Below are positions 43,411-52,965 of a DNA stretch of 64,000 nt, piece after piece (the stretch's first letter is position 1; each line of letters starts with the position of its first letter). The translations under genes and the position numbers were made by a program. The DNA is from Gammaproteobacteria bacterium (lineage in GTDB: Bacteria; Pseudomonadota; Gammaproteobacteria; Ga0077536): NCBI GenBank assembly GCA_947450495.1, contig CANFVX010000001.1:16434-80433 (forward strand), written 5' to 3'. The notes beneath the pieces were generated by a model. That model searched no databases, was not told where the DNA came from, and saw nothing but the letters and a program-made list of their open reading frames with translations.

Positions 43411-44193
43411 ATGACGTCTCAGATCATCCCGAAGACACTCCCTTGTTTTGTGATCAGCCTGCAGCAGGATACGGAGCGACAAGAGCACATGCATCGACAA
43501 CTCGATGCCTTGGGTCTCCACGCGGAGTTCGTGCCCGCAGTGAATGGCAGTAAGCTCTCACCCGCAGATTGGTCCCAGTACGACCGCGAGCGCACCCTAC
43601 AGATTTACGGCGTCGAGATGATGCCTAATGAGATTGGATGTTTCCTTAGCCACTACCGACTTTACGAGCGGGTCGTGCGAGAGAACCTGCCCGTCGCGCT
43701 CATCATGGAAGATGATTTGGAAATCCGGTCCGAATTCCCGCTGGTTTTGGCGGATTTGCTGAAAGCAGAGCATCCGCGCTGGGCCGTCGTGCGCTTCGAG
43801 TCGCAGCGCGGTCGGGTGATCAATCCCAAGACCCATCGTGATCGCGGCGTCACGGTACAGACGCTGCGCGAAGGCGAGCTCGTGAAGCTCAAGATTCACG
43901 TGCTTGGGCTTGGCGCTTATCTCATTTCCTTGGACGGCGCGCGTCGGATGTTGGCGCATGGCCGCAAGATATTCATGCCGATCGACCAAACGATGGACAG
44001 GTTTTGGGAGAACGGCATCGAGCCTTACATCGTGCGACCCCTCCAGGTGCGCCAGCGCCCGGAGCTTACCTCCCGCATCGGCACCCGCGCCTATGAACGG
44101 CGACGCAAGGTGTCCTGGTCGGTCAAACTACAGCGGCGCCTGCAAAGGATGAGGGACAGCCTGAACAAGCGCGCTTACTGGCTTTTTCACTGA
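43411..44193 (+). CDS. Glycosyltransferase family 25 (LPS/LOS biosynthesis)
   Basis: FVISL....ER, AVNG, EIGCFLSH, LIMEDD, PIDQ. Confidence 0.88.
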   Translation: MTSQIIPKTLPCFVISLQQDTERQEHMHRQLDALGLHAEFVPAVNGSKLSPADWSQYDRERTLQIYGVEMMPNEIGCFLSHYRLYERVVRENLPVALIMEDDLEIRSEFPLVLADLLKAEHPRWAVVRFESQRGRVINPKTHRDRGVTVQTLREGELVKLKIHVLGLGAYLISLDGARRMLAHGRKIFMPIDQTMDRFWENGIEPYIVRPLQVRQRPELTSRIGTRAYERRRKVSWSVKLQRRLQRMRDSLNKRAYWLFH

Positions 44194-45302
44194 GCGGCCA
44201 GAGTCTCGACGATGCTGCTGGCGGCGGTGCCGTCGCCATAAACGTTCCGACGCACCGCCAGCCGTTCGTAAGCCGCGCGGTCACCTAACAACTCGCTCAC
44301 ACAAGCCACAATCGTCGCCGAATCAACACCGGCCAGCAGCGCAGTGCCCGCTTCAACCCCTTCCTGGCGCTCGGTTACTTTGCGCATCACCACGGTTGGC
44401 TTACCAAGTTCTACGGCTTCTTCCTGGATGCCTCCGGAATCGGTCATCACCAGATAGCTTCTGGACAGCAGATGCGCGAAACCGGGGTATTGCAGCGGGG
44501 TCGTCAACAGGACGTTCGCCAGCCCGCCCAACAACGCATGCGCTGGCTGTAAGACCTCCGGGTTGGGATGCACCGGAAAGATGAATAACACCGCGGGAAA
44601 ACGCGCCGCCAGTTCGGCGACGGCCCGCAGAATCTCTGCCATATCCTGACCGAAACTCTCCCGGCGATGACAGGTCACGAGCACAAATCGTTGTGTGAGC
44701 AAGTCCGGTACGCGGCTCACCAGATCTTCCGGCAAAGCGTCCGGCAGATGGGTCAGCACCCAGTGCAATGAATCAATGGCCGTGTTGCCCGTCACGTGGA
44801 TCTGGCTCGCGGGGATACCTTCGGTGAGCAAGTTCTGCGCGGCCCGTGCGGTCGGCGCGAAATGCAGGTCCGCAATGTCGGCCACCAGCCGACGATAGAC
44901 TTCTTCGGGGAATGGCCCGTATTTGTCGCCGGTTCGCAAGCCGGCCTCAATGTGCGCGACTTTGGTTTGGCGAAGATAGCCCGCCAGCGCGCCGACAAAA
45001 GCGGTCGCCGTGTCACCTTGCACGACCACCCACGCGGGGTTTGCGCTCGCCATCACGGCGCCAAGCGCGGGCAACATCGCGCCCACCAAATCGAACTGCG
45101 ATTGACCCGCACGCATCAGCGCAAGGTCATAGTCCGGCGTCAGTGCCAGCGCTTGGAGCGTATCGGTGAGTAACTCGCGATGCTGGCCGGTGACCGCCAG
45201 CAGCACCTCGAAACGCTCATCCGCCTGGAGCGCGCGATAGACCGGCGCGAGTTTGATGGCTTCGGGACGTGTTCCCAGAACGAGCAGGATGCGATCGGCC
45301 AT
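44187..45302 (-). CDS. wecB: UDP-N-acetylglucosamine 2-epimerase (non-hydrolysing)
   Basis: GTRPEAIK, TGQH, VQGDT, HIEAGLR, PFPEE, TDSGGIQEEA; start set at MADRILL. Confidence 0.94.
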   Translation of the reverse strand: MADRILLVLGTRPEAIKLAPVYRALQADERFEVLLAVTGQHRELLTDTLQALALTPDYDLALMRAGQSQFDLVGAMLPALGAVMASANPAWVVVQGDTATAFVGALAGYLRQTKVAHIEAGLRTGDKYGPFPEEVYRRLVADIADLHFAPTARAAQNLLTEGIPASQIHVTGNTAIDSLHWVLTHLPDALPEDLVSRVPDLLTQRFVLVTCHRRESFGQDMAEILRAVAELAARFPAVLFIFPVHPNPEVLQPAHALLGGLANVLLTTPLQYPGFAHLLSRSYLVMTDSGGIQEEAVELGKPTVVMRKVTERQEGVEAGTALLAGVDSATIVACVSELLGDRAAYERLAVRRNVYGDGTAASSIVETLAAQ

Positions 45303-45312
45303 AAGGATTCCT

Positions 45313-46422
45313 TTACGGTCTTCCGGATGCACGCGCCAACACGCGTTGATAAACGCCTGCCGTGCGTTCGGCGATGCCTTGCCAGGTAAATTGCGCGAGT
45401 ACGCGCGCTCGCGAGGCCTCGCCCATCGCGGAGCGCAGCGCGGCGTCATCGGCGATTTTGTTGATGGCTTCCGCCAAAGCCGTTGGATTCGCCGGCGGTA
45501 CCAGCAAGCCGTTCACGCCGTTTTCTATCAGCGCAGGGATGCCGCCGACCCCGCTGCCCACCATCGCCCGAGCACATGCCATGGCTTCAAGACCTGCGAT
45601 GCTCGTCGCTTCCATCAACGACGGCAACACCGCGATATCCGCTGCGCGATAGACCTCGGGCATTAAATCGTTTGGCGTCTCGCCGGCCAGCAAGGCCCGG
45701 CCAGCGCTGCCGTCGTTGCGCAGGATGTCGGTGATGGCGGCGCGCTCGGCGCCCTCGCCCACAAACACAAAGCGCACGTTCGGGTGGGTCTGTTTGACCG
45801 CTTGAGCGGCGATCACCACGCCATTTTTGGCCACCAGACGTCGGGCAATGACCACCAGCACCTCGTGCTCCGCGACGCCCCAACGTTGCCGCAGGGCAGG
45901 CGCGACGCCAGGACAAAATCGCTGGGCATCGACACCGTTCGGGAGATAGCTCACCGGTCCGCGGTAGCCGGCGCGTGTGCTCGCAGCCGCCAGTTCTTCG
46001 CTGGGGGCGAGGATATGGGCACAGCCCGCGATGAGATGACCCAGACGCTGCAAGCGGTGCCCGCCAAGGGCGAGGGTTTTGAGAAAGCCAGAGGTATGGT
46101 TGGTAAAGACGACCGGCAAGCCCGTGGCGAGCGCGGCGCGCAAAGGCCGCAAACCGTGCACGTGAATCAGGTCGAAAGCCTGGGCCGCCACGCGCCGTTT
46201 CAGCCATCTGGCGAGCAGAAAATCGTGCAAGGGCTGCGCGCGAATCAAGGGCGAATAGCGCTCAAGATTCGCTTCCTCCAGCGCGCCCGGCCAGGGCGGC
46301 GCGACCACGGAAACCTGCACGCTGGCCTTGCGTAAAGCCGACGCGAGTTCAAAGACATGAGTCGCGACCCCGCCGACGCGGGGCGGATATTCGCTGGTGA
46401 TGAACAACACCCGCAGGTTCAT
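45313..46422 (-). CDS. Glycosyltransferase family 4
   Basis: EYPPRVGG, PNGVD, PSLMEATSIAGLEAMA (EX7E), VGGIP. Confidence 0.9.
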   Translation of the reverse strand: MNLRVLFITSEYPPRVGGVATHVFELASALRKASVQVSVVAPPWPGALEEANLERYSPLIRAQPLHDFLLARWLKRRVAAQAFDLIHVHGLRPLRAALATGLPVVFTNHTSGFLKTLALGGHRLQRLGHLIAGCAHILAPSEELAAASTRAGYRGPVSYLPNGVDAQRFCPGVAPALRQRWGVAEHEVLVVIARRLVAKNGVVIAAQAVKQTHPNVRFVFVGEGAERAAITDILRNDGSAGRALLAGETPNDLMPEVYRAADIAVLPSLMEATSIAGLEAMACARAMVGSGVGGIPALIENGVNGLLVPPANPTALAEAINKIADDAALRSAMGEASRARVLAQFTWQGIAERTAGVYQRVLARASGRP

Positions 46423-47636
46423 GCTCGAGCAACCTTATTCGCCACCGGCGTTGGGCCGCCGCTGAGCGTGGTCGCCCACGCGATGCCAGCAAAACAGAGC
46501 CACCCCACCCAGTGCCCGCGCGAGAGCGGGTAGCCCACCAGCCACACGCTCATGCCGGTTGCCAGCAGCGCAAGTCCGGCGGCGCGGGGCACTGCAGCGC
46601 TGCGCGCGAGGCGGCAGAGCAAATAAGCCAGCGCGACATAAAAAATCAGCACCCCGGGTAAGCCCTGTTCGAGCTGAATTTGCAGCAGAACGTTATGCGG
46701 ATAGGAGGGCAAGTCCGCCGGCTGATGCGTTAGCGGCATGAGCCAGTGCCCGCCCGGCACGTAATCGCTGTTCTTGAAGCCGTACCCCAGCCAGGGCCGT
46801 TCGGCGATGAGCTGTCCCGAGAACTCCCAGATGTCGATCCGGTGGCGCCATGAAAAATCCGCAACGCGTTGCGTTATCCAGACGCTGCTGCCAAGAAACG
46901 GGGCGCAAAAGTGGATTAGCGCGACCGCGACACCCAAGCCATACAGCGCGAGCCGGGGCAGGACGAGCGCGCACGCCCAGGTGCTCGCGCCCACGATGAA
47001 AGCGAGTCGCGGCGCGCTGCCAATCCCCGCCCATACCGAGTAGGCCATCAGCCCTAGCGCAACGCAGGTGACTAGCCGCCAAGGCGCACTCAACCGCAGC
47101 GCCAGCGCTGGCGCGATCCACACCAGAATGGCCAGCGCTGCGGTAGGCACATTCAATTTGAGCCCGGCATCCACCGCGGGCGCGTGCGCCAGCCAGCTGC
47201 GAAACAGAAATCCCCAGCGCGTCTGCACCGCTAGTAGCAGGACTGCTACGGCAATGCCGCCGAGAAGTGCTTTGGTGAGCGCCGGTCGGTCAAGGTCGGG
47301 ACGGCCGGCGCAGACCGCAGCGAACAGGGTCAACGGGCCGCATTCCAGAAGAAAAAGGCTGGCGTCCACAGCCGCCACATGAGCATTGATCGCCCAGAGT
47401 GTGCCGAGCAAACCCCACGCGCTCATTGCCACCACCAGACTGGGCACCACGGCAGCGCCCAGCGCCGGCCTGACCACGCGGTGATTCACGGCTAACCACC
47501 ACAGCGCAAACAACGGCCCGAACAAACCGGTAGGCGTTGGCGCCAGCGCAAACAGCGTGGGCATCGCAAACAAAAACAGCGCCAGCCCTGCCGGGCGAAG
47601 CGCTGCATTCGCGGGACTCTCGTTAGCGGGGAACAA
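46419..47636 (-). CDS. O-antigen ligase (WaaL/Wzy_C) family membrane protein
   Basis: Multi-TM; RIDIW, PWLGYG, PHNVLLQ..LEQGLPG; start uncertain. Confidence 0.8.
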   Translation of the reverse strand: MFPANESPANAALRPAGLALFLFAMPTLFALAPTPTGLFGPLFALWWLAVNHRVVRPALGAAVVPSLVVAMSAWGLLGTLWAINAHVAAVDASLFLLECGPLTLFAAVCAGRPDLDRPALTKALLGGIAVAVLLLAVQTRWGFLFRSWLAHAPAVDAGLKLNVPTAALAILVWIAPALALRLSAPWRLVTCVALGLMAYSVWAGIGSAPRLAFIVGASTWACALVLPRLALYGLGVAVALIHFCAPFLGSSVWITQRVADFSWRHRIDIWEFSGQLIAERPWLGYGFKNSDYVPGGHWLMPLTHQPADLPSYPHNVLLQIQLEQGLPGVLIFYVALAYLLCRLARSAAVPRAAGLALLATGMSVWLVGYPLSRGHWVGWLCFAGIAWATTLSGGPTPVANKVARA

Positions 47637-47778
47637 CGTGGCGGTCTGCGGGGATTAAAGCGCGGGAGAGCGAGCGGGTAGTGTAGGAGAAAAGCGGCGG
47701 CGGTCTCCATCGCGCATGCAACTTGCACTGCTTTTGATTAGTCTTCGCCGCTGCCCACATTAGCCCGTGTTAAACCTC

Positions 47779-49221
47779 ATGACCGAATCGAAATTCGCGT
47801 CGCTCGCCGCCGCTTTGAAGTCGCCGGTTAATCTCTCGCTGCTACTGCTCACCGTGCTCGTGTCGTTTGGTGGCGTGCTGGTGATGGAAGTCCACGGCAC
47901 GGCGGTGTTTTACGCCGCAATGGCGCGCCAAATGGTGGAGTCCGGCGACCTGCTAGCGCCTTTTCGCGGCGATACCGGCTACCTCCTGAAGCCCCCTCTC
48001 GCCTTCTGGTGGAGCGCGGCAAACACGCTCTTGATGGGCTATTCCAATCTGGCCGTGACCTTACCTTCGCGCCTCGGCGGTCTGGGGTGTGCGGTGATGA
48101 CGGCGCTTCTGGCCCGGCACTTTCATCGCAAGCCGTTTGCGGTGTGGGTAGCGGTGCTGTTGTTCGTGATGAACGGAATCTACATCCAGTTCACCACCGC
48201 CTTCCGTCTCGATTCACTGATGACGTTCGGGGCCCTGCTGATGCTGTGGGGCTATCTCAAATTGCCGCGTGCAAGCGGCGCTCTGGCGCTGTGGAGCGGC
48301 ACGGCCCTCTCGCTCATGACCAAGGGCCCGATGATTCTCGTGATGTTGGGGATAATGCTGCCCCACGCGCTGGTTTCGCCCCATTGGCGTGGGGCCCGCG
48401 CCAATCTTTTGCGCTATGCGCCGCTGCTGCTGCTGCCGCTCGCCTGGTACGGATTCATCTGGATTTTTCACGGCGACGAATTGTCCCGCCAGCTTTCCCA
48501 GGATTTTTGGCGTGGCGATACCAGCAAACTCAGTCGCTTTGATTCCGTCTGGCTGGAATACGTCACCAAACCCTTTTATCGCCTGGGTCCCTGGCTGGTG
48601 CTCATTTTCATCGCGATCTATCAGGAGTTGCGCCTCGCGGCGTCGGCCAGCGTTGCCGTGCCGCGGCGCGCCGATGCGGCCTTGCTATTGGCGCTGGTGT
48701 TCATTAACACGATCATCGCGGTGCTCAAGCCAGACCCCGACGTGCGGTATTTCTATTCCGTTCTGCCGCTGGTGGCGGTCATGGGCGGCGGCGTGATGGC
48801 ACGGCGCTTTGGCGCACGCGTGCCGCGCTGGGCGGCGCTGCTCATCGGCGCGCTGTTGCTGAGCGGCGCGGCCGGCGTGGCATGGTTCAACGTCAACGCC
48901 TACCCGGGTCATCGTGGCTTGCTGGCGATAGAGGCACTCGCCGAGCGCGGTGAGCTCACGCCGGCGAACACGCTGCTGATGGTTGAGCGGATCCCCAAAC
49001 CGAATGAGCCCCGGCGCAACGACCCAATCCCGGACGCCGTGTATTTCTACTTCGGGCTTAAGCTCCCCAGTGCAATCAAGCTGCCGACGGACGGCGCACT
49101 CCCGGCAGCCACCCGCTTCGTGCTGTTACCCCGCACAGCCCGGATGCTGAAGACGGTCGCGCCGCTGGGCTGGCCCGAGCGTGCGCGGTCCGAAAAATTT
49201 ATCCTGCTCGAGCGACCCTGA
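47779..49221 (+). CDS. ArnT/GT39-like GT-C glycosyltransferase
   Basis: YA..ARQMVESGD, YLLKPPL..W, RLD, TKGP, PW, RY; multi-TM. Confidence 0.8.
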   Translation: MTESKFASLAAALKSPVNLSLLLLTVLVSFGGVLVMEVHGTAVFYAAMARQMVESGDLLAPFRGDTGYLLKPPLAFWWSAANTLLMGYSNLAVTLPSRLGGLGCAVMTALLARHFHRKPFAVWVAVLLFVMNGIYIQFTTAFRLDSLMTFGALLMLWGYLKLPRASGALALWSGTALSLMTKGPMILVMLGIMLPHALVSPHWRGARANLLRYAPLLLLPLAWYGFIWIFHGDELSRQLSQDFWRGDTSKLSRFDSVWLEYVTKPFYRLGPWLVLIFIAIYQELRLAASASVAVPRRADAALLLALVFINTIIAVLKPDPDVRYFYSVLPLVAVMGGGVMARRFGARVPRWAALLIGALLLSGAAGVAWFNVNAYPGHRGLLAIEALAERGELTPANTLLMVERIPKPNEPRRNDPIPDAVYFYFGLKLPSAIKLPTDGALPAATRFVLLPRTARMLKTVAPLGWPERARSEKFILLERP

Positions 49222-49231
49222 ACTGCGGCGC

Positions 49232-49873
49232 TCATTTCAGCGGACGACTTCTCAGCGCGCCGGCGATGCGCTCGCCGACGCGGTCGAGTCGTTCCGAGCC
49301 CCAGAACAATTCGCCATCCACCCGCCAGCTTGGCACGCCAAACACGCCGCAGCGCTCGGCCTCTTGCTGAATTTGCTGGTAGCGAGCGAGACCTTTTTCC
49401 GTCTGCCAGCGCGCAAACGCTGAGGCGTCGGCGCCAGCCAGTTCGATCAGCGGCGTCAGCGCGGCGGGGTCTTCTAGATCGAGTTCGCGCGCCCAGAACC
49501 GGGCAAATACCGCGTCGTGGAAGCGCCGCCAGTCGCCAGTTTCGACGGTGTACAAAAAGGCCATATGCGCCGGTGCGCTGTTAAACACCTTGCGCGGCCC
49601 GCGTAAGACCAGCCCGCGCCGCGTGGCCTCGCGTCGACAGTCCATATAGGCGTAGCGCACCCGTCGCCATTGGTGTGCGTTGCGTTCTTCAAGCAACACC
49701 CGACCCTCGGCATCCACTTCTGCCTTGCCCAGATAACTCGGGATGTCGAGCGTGTAGGGAAGGCGCTCAACCATGATGCCGAACTCACGCTCCAGACTGT
49801 CGGTAGCGTGCTGGGCCAGATAGGCATAAGGGCTTTTGTAATCGAAAAAATGTTGGACTACGGGGCTGGTCAT
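49232..49873 (-). CDS. DsbA-fold 2-hydroxychromene-2-carboxylate isomerase / GST-kappa family protein
   Basis: FFDYKSPYAYL, GVFGVPS..VDGELFWGSERL. Confidence 0.85.
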   Translation of the reverse strand: MTSPVVQHFFDYKSPYAYLAQHATDSLEREFGIMVERLPYTLDIPSYLGKAEVDAEGRVLLEERNAHQWRRVRYAYMDCRREATRRGLVLRGPRKVFNSAPAHMAFLYTVETGDWRRFHDAVFARFWARELDLEDPAALTPLIELAGADASAFARWQTEKGLARYQQIQQEAERCGVFGVPSWRVDGELFWGSERLDRVGERIAGALRSRPLK

Positions 49874-49925
49874 CTGGCGTTCTCCTGAGTGGCGCGCCGT
49901 CATTTTCGACGCCGAAAAGTCTCGT

Positions 49926-50891
49926 TCAGCCGAGCAGACCTCGCGCACGAATCATAGTCAGGACTTGCTCGGGCGTGATTCGCGCCAGACAGTCGCTGGT
50001 GCGTAAACCGTAAAGGTCGGGTAAGCATTCGACGCCGGCTATGACATTGTCGGCTTGCCCCAACGCGTGATTGCGTCGCCAGTCAGAAGGACCGAACAGG
50101 GCGAACACCGGAACACCGGCCGCCGCGCAGGCGTGCATCGGCCCGGAGTCGTTGGTCACCGCGAAGCGCGCGTGGCTGGCCAGCGCCGCCAGTTGCGGAA
50201 TACTGAAGCGACCCGTCGCATCGATGCCAAGCGTCGCCGCCAGCGCGGCGTTGCGCTCAACGTCGTCCGCCCCGCCCAGCCAGACGATTGCCAGACCGGC
50301 AGCCTGCAGCGTCTGGGCGAGGGCCTCAAAGCCCGGCCAGCATTTGTCCTGCCGCGTCCGACTGGCGCCGGCGTGCATCACCACGAAGCCCGTCCGCTCT
50401 AGCGCATGGGTTTGCATGAAGGCCTCCACCTCGTCGCGCGCGGCGGCGGCGCAAGGCAGGCGGGGCCGCGGCGCGGCTGGCGTTATCCCGGCGGCGTCCA
50501 GCACCGCATTGAGCCGCAGAAAAACGTGGCTCTGCGCGTCCCAGCGGGTGGCGGGATGGAGGTTGTAGGGAAAACGCCTGTGCGAGCCCACGCGTTCCGG
50601 AATCCCGGACAGGGCACAAAGCAGTGCCGTGCGGTCGTTGCCCTGCAAGTCGTACACGCGACGGAACCGGCGGGCGCGCATCCAGCGCAAGGTGCTGGCC
50701 ACCGCGCGCCAGCCCTTGCGCGGGAAGCTCACGACTTCGAGCCCCGGCCACGCCGTGAAAAGTCCCGCAAAGGGCGGCGTGGTCAGCAGACAAACCGAGG
50801 ACTCCGGATGTCCACGGACGATGGCATCAATCAGCGCCGTCGCCATGATCACATCGCCCAGCGCACCTTGTTTGATGATCAGAACCGACAT
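49926..50891 (-). CDS. Glycosyltransferase family 9
   Basis: IKQGALGDV, YDLQ, KCWP, VTNDSGPMH, LFGP. Confidence 0.88.
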   Translation of the reverse strand: MSVLIIKQGALGDVIMATALIDAIVRGHPESSVCLLTTPPFAGLFTAWPGLEVVSFPRKGWRAVASTLRWMRARRFRRVYDLQGNDRTALLCALSGIPERVGSHRRFPYNLHPATRWDAQSHVFLRLNAVLDAAGITPAAPRPRLPCAAAARDEVEAFMQTHALERTGFVVMHAGASRTRQDKCWPGFEALAQTLQAAGLAIVWLGGADDVERNAALAATLGIDATGRFSIPQLAALASHARFAVTNDSGPMHACAAAGVPVFALFGPSDWRRNHALGQADNVIAGVECLPDLYGLRTSDCLARITPEQVLTMIRARGLLG

Positions 50892-50897
50892 GCCGCG

Positions 50898-52037
50898 TTA
50901 GTCGTTCAGCGACCAGCGGGGCTGGCCGAGGCGGGTACAGAGGTCTGCGTAGACCCCAAGCGTGGCGCTCTGCAGTCGTTCGGTGGTGAAAGGATGTGTC
51001 GCCGGAACGATCGGCGGCGCTTGGAGAAACTGCGCGGTGCGCGCGGCGACGGCGTCCAGATCGCCCACCGCCACGAGCCCTGCGGGTAATACCTCGCGAA
51101 GAATTTCGCCGGTGCCGCCGTGGTCATAGCCAATCACAGGCGTGCCGAGACTTAAGGCTTCGATGGTCGTTCGCCCGAACGCCTCGGGCTCACCGGTCAG
51201 CGAAAACGCGCAGGCGCTAATGCCCAGCACTTCCCGCAAATCGCTACGCTGCCCGAGAAAAGTGACGGCATCGGCGACACCCAGCGTAGCCGCCAGCGTG
51301 TGCAATTCCTGCTCAAACGCCTGTTTGCGCGGATGCGCGCCGCCGGCCAGTAGCCCATGGACCAGCAGCCCCCGCGCCTTGAGACGCGCAAGGAGTTGCA
51401 AGAAATCCTCCTGGCCTTTCCATCGCGTGAGCCGGCCCGGCAACACCAGCAAAGCCTTGCCGGCGAGTGCCGGATGCGTCTGCGCCCAATCGGCTTGCCA
51501 GGCGGCGTCGGGCACAAAGCCATAGGGCCAACGTTCGGGTGCCACGCCGCGCGGGATGAGCGTAATCCGCGTCGCGTCCACGCCGGGATAAGACCGTGTG
51601 ATGTAGTCGTGAATGAACTGCGAAATGGCGATCACCTGCTCGCCGCTCACCATGATTCGGCTGTAGCGGTTCACCGTGTACGGCCCGTGCACGGTGGTGA
51701 CCCAGCGCGGGCGCTCTGCGACGTCTAAGCCCTGCCGCGCCCACCAGCCGAGCCAGGCCGGCAACCGCGAGCGGGCGTGAACGACATCCACCCGTTCGCG
51801 CCGAAAGATTTCCCTGAGGCGCCCGATGAGTCGCAGCGAAGAGAGGCGTTTGCGGCCAATGGGCAGGGCGATATGCGTGGCGCCGAGTGCTTCGAGTTTC
51901 GCGACCAGTCGGCCGCCTGCTGAAATGACGATCGCACGATGACCCGCCGCGACCAGCGCTTCGGCGATTTCCAGCGTGCCCTGCTCAACGCCGCCGACTT
52001 CGAGTTCCGGCAGTAGCTGGGCAACGGTGAGCCGCAT
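50898..52037 (-). CDS. Glycosyltransferase family 4
   Basis: LPELEVGGVE.GT, VHARSRLPAW, GRLTRWKG, PEAFGRTTIEA. Confidence 0.9.
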   Translation of the reverse strand: MRLTVAQLLPELEVGGVEQGTLEIAEALVAAGHRAIVISAGGRLVAKLEALGATHIALPIGRKRLSSLRLIGRLREIFRRERVDVVHARSRLPAWLGWWARQGLDVAERPRWVTTVHGPYTVNRYSRIMVSGEQVIAISQFIHDYITRSYPGVDATRITLIPRGVAPERWPYGFVPDAAWQADWAQTHPALAGKALLVLPGRLTRWKGQEDFLQLLARLKARGLLVHGLLAGGAHPRKQAFEQELHTLAATLGVADAVTFLGQRSDLREVLGISACAFSLTGEPEAFGRTTIEALSLGTPVIGYDHGGTGEILREVLPAGLVAVGDLDAVAARTAQFLQAPPIVPATHPFTTERLQSATLGVYADLCTRLGQPRWSLND

Positions 52038-52043
52038 GGTCGA

Positions 52044-52952
52044 TCAGCGCGCCAGTTCGGCCGCGACGCGCACGGCACAGCGGGTGGCCTCGGCGAGCGG
52101 CGGATGTTGCGGCCATTTGCCGGTCGCTTGCCATTGCCCGAGCGACAGCACGCGTGACTCTGCGAGCAAGGTCGGGGCGATGCGCGTGATGCGATCTGCA
52201 CGGCGCGCCGGCACCTCCAGCACGCCCACGGCGCAACCGGCGCTCAGCGCTTCAAACAGCATGGAGACACTGTCGGCGGTGACCCACGCCGCCGGGGCTC
52301 GCATCAGCGCCTCGCGCAGCCAGTCTGGACCACAGCTCGCGTGAGACACGAAGTGCACGCCATCACCCACGCGCTGCATGAGTTGCGCCGTGGTGCTGGG
52401 CGGGGTGCGCCGTGAGTCGGTTATCACGAGCGATGTTTCACCCAAAGCGGCGAGCAAGCGGTCGATTTGCCCGAGCAAGCCGCCTTCATCCCAGCGGTGA
52501 TGACGCGACGGGCCGCCGACCAGCATGAGCGTCGCCCCAGTGCGCGGCCCAGACGACGGCACAAGGTCATTCAACACGCCTTCGGTCAGCATCACGCGCG
52601 CACCTGCGGGCACGCCGTCGTGGCGTGGGACAAGACAGAGGTCGAACAGCCCGCGCGGCAGCGACGGGTTCATCAGGTAGACGCTGCGGGCACCAAATGC
52701 CCGCGTCGCCGCCAGCATAGGCCACGCGCAGGCACTGCCCGCGCCGACCACCAGATCCGGCACTGCCAGGCCCGGACGCCCCGGCCAGATCCCGCGCAGC
52801 CACGCCCACCAGGCGTGAGAAATTTCACGGGCGTTGATTTCGATAATGGTGATGGGCCGCTGTATCGCGAGCGCGGACAGCAGCCCCGCAGTCTGTCGCT
52901 CATGGCCGGCTTTGCCGTCACGAAAGCGCCAGACTACGGTGGCGGGCTTCAC
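52044..52952 (-). CDS. ELM1/GtrOC1-like putative glycosyltransferase
   Basis: DGKAGH..Q..GL, P.HD, LVGGPS.H, SRRTP, VTADSVSMLFEA. Confidence 0.8.
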   Translation of the reverse strand: MKPATVVWRFRDGKAGHERQTAGLLSALAIQRPITIIEINAREISHAWWAWLRGIWPGRPGLAVPDLVVGAGSACAWPMLAATRAFGARSVYLMNPSLPRGLFDLCLVPRHDGVPAGARVMLTEGVLNDLVPSSGPRTGATLMLVGGPSRHHRWDEGGLLGQIDRLLAALGETSLVITDSRRTPPSTTAQLMQRVGDGVHFVSHASCGPDWLREALMRAPAAWVTADSVSMLFEALSAGCAVGVLEVPARRADRITRIAPTLLAESRVLSLGQWQATGKWPQHPPLAEATRCAVRVAAELAR

Positions 52953-52965
52953 CTGCGGGGCAGGC

